From: Candidatus Lustribacter sp.
GTDB taxonomy: Bacteria; Vulcanimicrobiota; Vulcanimicrobiia; Vulcanimicrobiales; Vulcanimicrobiaceae
DNA: 64,000 nucleotides
Reading direction: 5' to 3'
Assembly (NCBI GenBank): GCA_965277805.1
Contig: OZ255842.1
Span: 4,320,001-4,384,000 of the forward strand
The notes under the pieces were generated by a model. The model had not been told where the DNA came from. It did not search any database and saw only the letters and a list, made by a program, of their open reading frames with translations. This document shows, piece by piece, positions 56,493 to 64,000 of this stretch; the stretch's first letter is position 1; the number at the start of each line of letters is the position of its first letter. The position numbers and the translations under genes were made by a program.

Positions 56493-57680
56493 TTACGGCG
56501 CCGGCAGCTCTTTTACCAGCCAATCGTCGATTGCCGCGGCGATCTGCTGATTATTTTTTTCAAGCATCATCATATGAGCATTGCCGAAGATTCCGAGATC
56601 CGTAAGATGCTTGAATTCAACCGGGACGCCCGCGTCTTGCAAAAATTTAGCGGTGCAGTGATCGTAGGGAGCATGATACGATGCTTGAGAAAGTATCATC
56701 AAGACCGGCACGTGTTCTAGATTGACCAGCTTGTGCGCCGGGGGCTTTTGTTCGACGCATGGTACGAGGTCTGGGCCGTCCGCGCTTGGCTCCGTCTCGG
56801 TTTCCAACTGTGCCGGATCGGTCACCGGGGGATCGTAGCCGACGGCAATATCAGTTATTCCCCAAACGCGGGCTTTGCTTGCGCCAACGGTGCCCGCGCC
56901 CAGATTCTCGAACGGTGGTCCGCTCGGCTCGACGGCAACGATTGCTTTGGTGAGTTTCGGCCGGCCGTCGGCGATCACCCATCCCAGCGTTCCGCCTTGC
57001 GAGTGCGTCAGCACGATTGATGGGCCGATGCGATCGAGCAGCGCATCGATTGCGCTTTTCGCGAGCGTTTCTTGCAGAACTTGGTCTTTGATCGATGGAT
57101 ACTGGCCGGCGATAAATTGATCGAACACCGGATTGCCTTCGCTCTCGGATTCCGGTCCTTGATCGGGCCATTGCGTGTGAAATTTCGCTTGCGGATATTG
57201 GTTGTGGCGTTCCGGGTCGACAAACGAGGCCGCTGCGCTTGCCGGCGGCACGTCGAGGACGTCACCATCCAGTCGTGCACGATAGGGCGACCGCGCACGT
57301 CCCGGCACATCGACGATATACACGACGTATCCCCGGCTCAAAAAATAGTCCGCCCAGCCGGGCCGGCCGTCGGGAGTTTGCTCGAAGTTGGTCCCGGCTT
57401 GGCCGCCGCCGGGAATCATGACGATTGGATACGGTCGTGCGGGGCGTTTCGGAACGAGCACTTCAATATACGCCTGGCCGTTCATCGCCCGCGTGTTCCC
57501 ACTTCCGGCGTATTGCCCGCCAACGTACAAGTAACCGCGCCTCGCGAGGGCAGACTGATCGGTCGTTTTGGGAATCGATCGCATCTCGGGCAGCGTGCTG
57601 CTCTGCGACAGAACGACGCTCGGCGAAACGGTAAAAAGCAAAAGTAAGGACAGGAGTGAGCAAAAGCGTTGGAGGCTCAA
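56493..57680 (-). CDS. Secreted alpha/beta hydrolase
   Basis: Signal peptide, TPDGRPGWA, THSQGG nucleophile elbow, GNAHMMMLEKN. Confidence 0.85.
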   Translation of the reverse strand: MSLQRFCSLLSLLLLFTVSPSVVLSQSSTLPEMRSIPKTTDQSALARRGYLYVGGQYAGSGNTRAMNGQAYIEVLVPKRPARPYPIVMIPGGGQAGTNFEQTPDGRPGWADYFLSRGYVVYIVDVPGRARSPYRARLDGDVLDVPPASAAASFVDPERHNQYPQAKFHTQWPDQGPESESEGNPVFDQFIAGQYPSIKDQVLQETLAKSAIDALLDRIGPSIVLTHSQGGTLGWVIADGRPKLTKAIVAVEPSGPPFENLGAGTVGASKARVWGITDIAVGYDPPVTDPAQLETETEPSADGPDLVPCVEQKPPAHKLVNLEHVPVLMILSQASYHAPYDHCTAKFLQDAGVPVEFKHLTDLGIFGNAHMMMLEKNNQQIAAAIDDWLVKELPAP

Positions 57681-58609
57681 GCGATGTATATCTCCCCTAG
57701 TAGCTGCTGCGCATTTGCAGCTTCGATGGCGATCAGGTCGTCTGCGCTAAATCCGCACGCGTGCAGACCGCTCACGTGTTCTTCAGTGCCTCGGTACGGA
57801 TAGTCGGTACCAAAAAGGATTTGCGATACGGGCACGATCTCGCGCAGTGCCGACATCGCTGCACGGTTCGACGTTTGCGCCGTGTCGTAGTAGAACCGCT
57901 GCAGCTGTGCCATGAGTCCGTCCGGCAAGCGGGCCGCCATTCGCGGTTCCCGCGCAAGAATGACGAAGCGTTCGATGACGGAGGTCAGCGTGCCGCCGGC
58001 ATGCGAGAAGATGAACTGAATATCGGGAAAGCGTGCGGCCACGCCGCTAAAGACCAAGCTCGCAATCGTTCGCGTGGTATCCGTACCGTATTCGATGACC
58101 GTCGGACCGACATCCGGGACGAGGTTCGCGCAGCACTCGTTGAGCGTCGGATGGGTGTAGACGATTGCCTTCCGGCGGTTCAGTTCCTCAAACACCGGCG
58201 CAAACGACGCGTCGCCGAGGTAGGCGTTTCCGTAACTTGTGAACATCCCGACGCCGTCGGCCTGCAGAACGTCCAAGGCGTAGGCGATCTCACTGAGGGT
58301 ACCGTCGATATCGGGCAGCGGCAGCGCGGCGAACAAGCCGAAGCGGCCGGGATACCGATCGATGAGCCCAGCGGCGTAGTCATTGCACACGCGCGCACTG
58401 ATGCGAGCAGCATCTGCGTTTCCGAACCAAATGCCCGGTGTCGTGATCGAAAGCAGCGCCCTTGCTACGCCGCCCCGGTCCATATCCTCGAGGCTTCGCT
58501 CGGGAGTCCACGTCTTCACGACGTCCGGCAGACGCTCGGGGTGTTCGAGCCCAGCGAGATATGCCGGCGGAAAATAGTGGTGGTGGATGTCGATCCGCTC
58601 GGCTATCAT
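57677..58609 (-). CDS. Amidohydrolase_2 (aromatic decarboxylase-like), cytoplasmic paralog of 30194..31270
   Basis: IDIHHH, YTHP, FIFSHAGG, YYDTA, FGTDYP. Confidence 0.88.
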   Translation of the reverse strand: MIAERIDIHHHYFPPAYLAGLEHPERLPDVVKTWTPERSLEDMDRGGVARALLSITTPGIWFGNADAARISARVCNDYAAGLIDRYPGRFGLFAALPLPDIDGTLSEIAYALDVLQADGVGMFTSYGNAYLGDASFAPVFEELNRRKAIVYTHPTLNECCANLVPDVGPTVIEYGTDTTRTIASLVFSGVAARFPDIQFIFSHAGGTLTSVIERFVILAREPRMAARLPDGLMAQLQRFYYDTAQTSNRAAMSALREIVPVSQILFGTDYPYRGTEEHVSGLHACGFSADDLIAIEAANAQQLLGEIYIA

Positions 58610-59550
58610 TGAATCACGCGGATCGGTTGATCACTCATCCACGCCGCGATATCTTCGACCATTTGTTCGTAAAAGTCGCGGAAGCTTTCGGTGGAAACGT
58701 AACCGAGGTGGGGTGCAAGCACCGTGTTGTCGAGGGTCAACAGCGGATGATCGGCCGGAATCGGTTCAACGTCGAAGACGTCGAGCGCCGCGCCGGCAAT
58801 CGCGTGATTTCGCAATGCTGCGATGAGCGCTTCCTGATTGATCAACGGTCCCCGGGCCGCGTTCACCAGATACGCCGTCGGTTTCATCAGCGCCAACTCG
58901 CGCGCGCCGATCAGACCGCGGGATTGCGGATTCAAGACCGCGTGCAACGAGACGACATCCGCGGCGCGCAGAAGATCCTCCAACGACGACGCGCACTCGG
59001 CGCCGTGCTCGGCAGCGCGGGCCGGAGTAAGATGCGGACTCCAGGCCACAACATTCATTTCGAGCGCGGTGCCGACGCGCGCGACGGCGCCTCCAACGCG
59101 CCCGAGTCCGACGAGCCCGAGCGTTTTACCGCTGAGCTGCATGCCGATCGTCGTCTGCCAACGCCCTGATCGCAACGCCCGGTCTTCGGTTGGAATATGC
59201 CGGACGAGTGCCAAGATCAGCGCCCAGACGAGTTCGGGCGTCGCGCCGCCGCGCGCGCTGGTGCCGCAGACGCAGATCCCGCGTTGCGCTGCGAACGCCA
59301 TATCGACGCCGAGATTGCGCATGCCACTGGTAACGAGCAGCTTAAGCCCAGGGAGAGCGCCCAGGACGGATGCAGGAAACGCCGTCCGTTCGCGCATGAT
59401 GCACACGACGTCGAACGGCGCCAGGCGCTCGATCAGTCGTGCTTCGTCCGCAAGATGATCGTGAAAGAACGTGACCTCGGCGTGCAATGAATCCCAGTCG
59501 GCGAGATCGCGAGCCGCGTCTTGGAAGTCATCGATAACGGCGACCTTCAA
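58606..59550 (-). CDS. D-2-hydroxyacid dehydrogenase family protein
   Basis: TTG start after GGAGG; MRERT, GLGRVG, VNAARG, DVFDVEP, PHLGY. Confidence 0.92.
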   Translation of the reverse strand: MKVAVIDDFQDAARDLADWDSLHAEVTFFHDHLADEARLIERLAPFDVVCIMRERTAFPASVLGALPGLKLLVTSGMRNLGVDMAFAAQRGICVCGTSARGGATPELVWALILALVRHIPTEDRALRSGRWQTTIGMQLSGKTLGLVGLGRVGGAVARVGTALEMNVVAWSPHLTPARAAEHGAECASSLEDLLRAADVVSLHAVLNPQSRGLIGARELALMKPTAYLVNAARGPLINQEALIAALRNHAIAGAALDVFDVEPIPADHPLLTLDNTVLAPHLGYVSTESFRDFYEQMVEDIAAWMSDQPIRVIQ

Positions 59551-60506
59551 TGTGGCCTCCCGAAGTAGCGCCGGGCCATCGCTTCGCGAAGCGTCATGAT
59601 GGATGCGGGACGATCGTCGCCCTCGATCTCGCGATAACAAGCAAAAACGTTGACCACGATGCGTTCGGGATCGACCCAATCGCGAAAGGCGTCCAGTGCG
59701 ATATCGTCGGCAGCTTCTTCGTAGCTCATGCCGGCAGCGTGGCGTTTGATCGATTCCGCGAGCAAGAATTCAAAGTACTGCTTCAAGCGGCGGATGCCCG
59801 ACTTGTCGGTGATCGGGCCGTGCCCGGGAACGACCGTCTCCACGTCGAGAGCGAGCATCAGATCGCATGCGCGAATCCAATTGCTGACCGGCCCTGCCCA
59901 GACGATCGGGTGACCGTCCATAAACAAAATATCGCCGGTGAAAAGTGTCCGGTCTTGCGGAACGAATGCGATGATATCGCCGTCCGTGTGTGCGGGCCCG
60001 ACTTCGATGAGGCGTACTTCCTTGCTGCCGACGCGAAGTTCGAGCGCACCGCTGAACGTGCGAGTCGGCATGGTCAGTACGACGCCTTCCGCGCTGAAGA
60101 CGCTGCCCATCACTTCTTGGAAGAATTCTCCCGCGATGCCCATGCGTTGCCAGTCGCGGCGAATCGATCCCGGAGCGAGCGGCGCGCCTTGTTCGCGCAT
60201 CTCACGCGCGCATGCCTCGGAGGCGACGATCTGGGCGCCTTCGACGAGTTGGTTACCGAAAGTATGATCGCCGTTTGAGTGCGTGTTCACCAGCGTTCCG
60301 ATCTTGCCGGCGGACGGTACCGCAGACCGCATCGTCGCGAGCATCTCGCCGGTGAGTTTCAGATCGAAGAGTGTATCGACCAGGAGCGACTCGCTGCCGT
60401 CGACGATGAGTCCGGCATTGCTGTAACCCCAGCTGCCGTTCGGCTGAAGATAGGCATAGCTCCCTTTACCGATAGCGTGCAAGCCTTTCGTATACGGCCA
60501 TTTCAT
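59547..60506 (-). CDS. MBL-fold metallo-hydrolase (cyclase-like)
   Basis: WGYSNAG, LVDT, THSNGDHTFGN, PAHTDGD, TGD, VPGHGP. Confidence 0.88.
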   Translation of the reverse strand: MKWPYTKGLHAIGKGSYAYLQPNGSWGYSNAGLIVDGSESLLVDTLFDLKLTGEMLATMRSAVPSAGKIGTLVNTHSNGDHTFGNQLVEGAQIVASEACAREMREQGAPLAPGSIRRDWQRMGIAGEFFQEVMGSVFSAEGVVLTMPTRTFSGALELRVGSKEVRLIEVGPAHTDGDIIAFVPQDRTLFTGDILFMDGHPIVWAGPVSNWIRACDLMLALDVETVVPGHGPITDKSGIRRLKQYFEFLLAESIKRHAAGMSYEEAADDIALDAFRDWVDPERIVVNVFACYREIEGDDRPASIMTLREAMARRYFGRPH

Positions 60507-61891
60507 CGTCCCGGCACCGTTAGCAGAGACCGGAGGGGATCAAGATTTTTTAGGCGATCGATCGTCCAGACGGCTTCGATCAAACGGCGGGATTTGCGAT
60601 CTCCCAGCACCGGCGCCATTAGATCGAAGGCCTTCGTTTCGATTTCATCGATCCCCATCGGGTTGGCAACCGTTCCGCGAACGGCGGTGGTGCGTCGTGT
60701 CAGGACGCGACCATCGGCGAGGTGAACGTGCACGATGGCTTGCCGCGCGGGCCGCGCATGCTGAAGCTCAGAGCTCGGAATCAAGCGAACCTTTGCCCAA
60801 AGCGCGCGGACTCGGGCAGTCGTCATGCGGTTACGGTCATGCGCCGCGGCAAAGGAGACCGTGCCGTCGAGCAACATCACCGCGACGAGATATTGGACGC
60901 ACACGCCGGGCAGATCGCGGTTGTCGACGACGGGAAGGGAGCCGTCCGGCAACTCGACGTCGACGCGATCGATGTCCGAGGCGGAGAACGTCTCGTGCTT
61001 GATGAGAAACTCGAGCGCGTCGAGCACGGATTGATTCGGCGAGCCCACCGACCACCGTTTGATGTTCGTGTTGAGGATTTCGAACCGCGTTCCGAGTTCG
61101 CGCGCGATCGCCTCGCGGTCGGCGTCGGGACAGAACGCGTCGAAGAAATTGCGCGGCCCAAAAAAGGGATCGTCGGCGGCCGTCATGCCGGATGCGACCA
61201 TGGTTGCGGCGGCGACCCCGTTGCGCGCCGGCATTCCGCCGAAGTCAAAGGCCTTTTCAATGTGCCCTTTGTCGCCGAACCAGCACATCGTACCGGATGC
61301 TTGTTGCACGGCATAGGTGAAGAGATACCGCATCTGTTGCGCGTTGATGCCGGCGAGCGAGCCGGCTGCGACCGCCGCTCCGAAAATGCCGCCGATGGCA
61401 TGGGTGCTTCGCGCTCGCGCCACCATTCGTTCGTAGCCGAGCGCGAGAACGATGCGAGCGCAGATGTCATATCCTAAGACGATCGACCGCAAGAACGCTG
61501 CCCCGTTGCGTTCGTGCCGTTCGGCCATGGCCAACGCCGCTGGGATCACCGCGCAGCCGGGGTGCGTCAAGCTGGCCGGGTGGCTATCGTCCGTCTCGTC
61601 GGCGTGAGCAAACATCGCGTTGGCTAATGCAGCGTTGACGGCGGAACTCCGCGCCTTCGTTCCCACGATGGCGGATTCACGCACGCCGCCCTGATCGGCG
61701 ATGTAGGCGATCGCCGCACGGCCGGCGGGCAGACGGCTTCCCGATACGATGGCGGCCAGCGTGTCGAGAAGATGAACCTTCGTCTTTAGGACGACATCTG
61801 CGGGCAGTTTGCGGCGTACGGCCCCGGCGGCATACGTTGCCAAGACGCCGGTCGCGTCAGGCGCCGCCAAAATATAAGCCTCCGTTGACAT
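60503..61891 (-). CDS. MmgE/PrpD family protein
   Basis: NAALANAMFAHADETDDSH...HPG..VIPAALA, ARNGV.AA, RGTVANPM. Confidence 0.92.
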   Translation of the reverse strand: MSTEAYILAAPDATGVLATYAAGAVRRKLPADVVLKTKVHLLDTLAAIVSGSRLPAGRAAIAYIADQGGVRESAIVGTKARSSAVNAALANAMFAHADETDDSHPASLTHPGCAVIPAALAMAERHERNGAAFLRSIVLGYDICARIVLALGYERMVARARSTHAIGGIFGAAVAAGSLAGINAQQMRYLFTYAVQQASGTMCWFGDKGHIEKAFDFGGMPARNGVAAATMVASGMTAADDPFFGPRNFFDAFCPDADREAIARELGTRFEILNTNIKRWSVGSPNQSVLDALEFLIKHETFSASDIDRVDVELPDGSLPVVDNRDLPGVCVQYLVAVMLLDGTVSFAAAHDRNRMTTARVRALWAKVRLIPSSELQHARPARQAIVHVHLADGRVLTRRTTAVRGTVANPMGIDEIETKAFDLMAPVLGDRKSRRLIEAVWTIDRLKNLDPLRSLLTVPGR

Positions 61892-62624
61892 GCAGCGTCT
61901 GTCCCGTCATGTAGGACCATTCGTCGCCGCACAGCGACACGATCGCCGCGGCGAGCTCATCCGACCTGCCCATGCGCCCGAGCGGCAATTGATCGTCATG
62001 GATGTAGCCGCGCAGACGCGCGACGCGTTCCGGTGCATCTTCCGGCGAGACGATAGGCCCGGGTGAGACGCAATTGACCGTGATGTTCTTTGGTCCAAGC
62101 TCGCCAGCTAACGCTTTCGTGAGCCCGACGATGCCGGCTTTGGCCGTCGTCTGCGCCGCATGGTTCCGGCCGCCGATATGTGCACTCACGCCGCCGATGT
62201 TGATGATCCGTCCGACGCCGCCTTGCGCGAGATGCGGTGCCGCCGCTTGCGCGCAGAGAAAAGCGCCATCGAGCACCGTGCGCATGATGAAGTGCCACGC
62301 TTCGAGCGTGGTCGATTCGAAGGCGCCGTCGCCTCGTACGCCGGCATTGTTAATGAGGATATCCAGACGTCCGAACTGCGCGACGGTCGCCGCGACCAAT
62401 TGCGCGACGGCCTCGGCGTCGCGCACGTCGGCGATGTGCGCAGCCGACCGTGCCTTACCGTGCCGGTCCTCGATCTCGGCCGCGACCGCGCGTGCTGCGT
62501 CGATCGACGAATGGCCGGTGATCATCACCGCCGCCCCGGCCGCGGCAAGGCGCATTGCGATGGCCTTTCCGTTTCGGCGCGTACTGCCGGTGACGAGAGC
62601 GACGCGGCCGTCTAACGGTGTCAT
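61857..62624 (-). CDS. Short-chain dehydrogenase/reductase with atypical active site
   Basis: GRVALVTGSTRRNG, NNAG, QTTAK in place of YxxxK, TGQTLHVNGG; start ATG 62624 or TTG 62627. Confidence 0.88.
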   Translation of the reverse strand: MTPLDGRVALVTGSTRRNGKAIAMRLAAAGAAVMITGHSSIDAARAVAAEIEDRHGKARSAAHIADVRDAEAVAQLVAATVAQFGRLDILINNAGVRGDGAFESTTLEAWHFIMRTVLDGAFLCAQAAAPHLAQGGVGRIINIGGVSAHIGGRNHAAQTTAKAGIVGLTKALAGELGPKNITVNCVSPGPIVSPEDAPERVARLRGYIHDDQLPLGRMGRSDELAAAIVSLCGDEWSYMTGQTLHVNGGLYFGGA

Positions 62625-62634
62625 CAAGCTTCCT

Positions 62635-62689
62635 ATATACCTAATTGGGTGACCTATCCTGGAGGTATTGGTTCACCCAATCCGTATAT
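62635..62689. promoter_or_regulatory. Symmetric divergent control region with inverted repeats
   Basis: ATATAC..ATTGGGTGA (62635-62652) pairs with TCACCCAAT..GTATAT (62673-62689). Confidence 0.6.
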
Positions 62690-62699
62690 TGGCCCACGC

Positions 62700-63818
62700 A
62701 TGGCAGCCGGCAGTGTACTGATCGTGGGCGGGGGGATTGCCGGCATGTCTGCGGCGATCTCGCTTCAGCGCGCCGGGTTTCCGGTCGAGATCGCGGAGGC
62801 CGATCCGCAGTGGCGCTCCTCGGGTGCCGGCCTCACGATCAACGCTCCCTCGTTGCGCGCGTTCGCCGCGCTTGGGATCCTCGAGCACGTGAAGCGCGAG
62901 GGACATTGCCACGGCGGCACCCGGTTCTGTAACGCGCAAGGTGACGTAATTTCTGAACCGCCGTTGAACCAAATGTCACCGGACATTCCAACCGGCGCCG
63001 GCATCTTGCGTCCCGTTCTCCATAAGATTCTCGCGGAGGCGACGCGCGCATCCGGCGCGACGGTGAATCTCGGCGTGACGGTCACGGCGCTCGCACAGAC
63101 CGCGGATCACGTTCAGGTGACGTTTGCCGGACGTCCGAGCGCCGAATACGACGCCGTCGTTGCGGCCGACGGGCTCCACTCAACGATGCGCAAAGCGATC
63201 TTTCCGCACGCGCCGGAGCCGCTGTTCAACGGTCAAGGATGTTGGCGCGCCGTCTTCACGCGCGATCGAAGCATCGAGACGGGCACGGTTTTCGTGGGCC
63301 TCGAGCACCGCGCCGGATTGAATCCGGTCTCGGATGAAGAGATGTATCTGTTCCTCTTGCAGAGCGTTCCCGATAACCGCCGCATGGAAGAGACGCAATG
63401 GCCGCAGCTCTTAGCCGCCGAACTCGCCGAATTCGGCGGCATCCTCGGACGTCTGCGCGAGAATCTCGGCCCGGATTCGCGCATTAACTACCGCCCACTC
63501 GAAAATTTGCTGCTCGCGCGGCCCTGGCACCAAGGACGGGTGCTGCTGATCGGCGATGCCGCGCACGCGACGACGCCGCATCTCGCATACGGCGCCGGTC
63601 TCGCCGTCGAGGACGGATTGGTGCTGGGCGAGCTTGCACAGCCGGGCGTCGCGCTCCACGACGTCTTCGAGCGTTTTACCGAGCGGCGCTTCGAGCGCTG
63701 CCGCATCGTCGTTGAGGGTTCGACGCGTCTCGGCGAACTCGAACTTAAGGGAGCACCGGCTCACGAACATCGCGCGACGTTTGCGCAAGTAACGGAGTAT
63801 TTATGGCAGCCGATCTAG
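62700..63818 (+). CDS. FAD-dependent monooxygenase (class A aromatic hydroxylase-like)
   Basis: VGGGIAG, AADGLHS, LIGDAAHATTPHLAYGAGLAVEDG. Confidence 0.92.
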   Translation: MAAGSVLIVGGGIAGMSAAISLQRAGFPVEIAEADPQWRSSGAGLTINAPSLRAFAALGILEHVKREGHCHGGTRFCNAQGDVISEPPLNQMSPDIPTGAGILRPVLHKILAEATRASGATVNLGVTVTALAQTADHVQVTFAGRPSAEYDAVVAADGLHSTMRKAIFPHAPEPLFNGQGCWRAVFTRDRSIETGTVFVGLEHRAGLNPVSDEEMYLFLLQSVPDNRRMEETQWPQLLAAELAEFGGILGRLRENLGPDSRINYRPLENLLLARPWHQGRVLLIGDAAHATTPHLAYGAGLAVEDGLVLGELAQPGVALHDVFERFTERRFERCRIVVEGSTRLGELELKGAPAHEHRATFAQVTEYLWQPI

Positions 63819-64000
63819 TCGATCCCGTTTTGCGTTTGGTGATGACGATGCGCATCGAGTGCACGCCGTTTGAAACCGTCGGTGACACCGGCAAGGGAAC
63901 GCGCCGGATTCAGCACTTGCTCGGCGGTACCTTCGAGATCCCGGCGCAGACGGGCGGCACGTTCTCAAATCCCGCCAAGTCCGGCGTCGTCCTCGGTGGG
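63803..64000 (+). CDS. DUF3237-like protein (5' part only; runs off the window)
   Basis: Translated by hand: MAADLVDPVLRLVMTMRIEC...VGDTGKGTRRIQHLLGGTFE...SGVVLGG; GGAG SD upstream; not in the ORF track. Confidence 0.65.
   Translation, partial: MAADLVDPVLRLVMTMRIECTPFETVGDTGKGTRRIQHLLGGTFEIPAQTGGTFSNPAKSGVVLGG

Noticed and set aside
1294-63792. Many long overlapping Arg/Ala-rich ORFs (e.g. 6810..8489-, 32777..34318+, 48013..49752-, 52575..54071-)
   Set aside because: Antisense or off-frame shadows expected in high-GC DNA. They have no family motifs and each overlaps a well-supported gene.
54024-64000. Prophage, integron or IS-bounded island
   Set aside because: No integrase, transposase, att-like direct repeat or attC structure was recognised; only a compositional shift supports foreign origin.

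Overview
High-GC bacterial chromosomal segment with about 59 CDS. No rRNA, tRNA, CRISPR array, transposase or integrase was recognised. A TCGAAC-N4-GTTCGA SOS box and the minCDE-rodA and ftsEX-M23-ctpA synteny suggest a Terrabacteria-type host. Eremiobacterota/Vulcanimicrobiota is my guess and is not verified. The left half (1-29 kb) is core: recQ (partial), dnaX-ybaB-recR, a MoxR/DUF58/DUF4350/DUF4129/SpoIIM/RDD module, minC-minD-minD-minE-rodA, a GGDEF-EAL protein, a long RNase E/G, and ftsE-ftsX-[REC-GGDEF]-M23-ctpA-ctpA. The middle (29-54 kb) holds exported enzymes, a YhaO/YhaN (Mre11/Rad50-like) pair, alkB, transporters, a lone LexA-boxed dnaE2 and a PadR-DHA2 efflux pair. The right end (54-64 kb) is visibly more AT-rich. 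It begins with a wHTH + nucleotidyltransferase pair under a 22-bp inverted-repeat operator (candidate AbiE-like type IV toxin-antitoxin/defence module), followed by a divergent catabolic cluster. Best leads: this wHTH-NTase module, the two-MinD Min system with a tailed MinE, the diguanylate-cyclase response regulator inside the ftsEX operon, and a recurring GAA-N10/11-start pattern in front of SD-less genes. Product calls come from motif recognition by eye; no searches were run.
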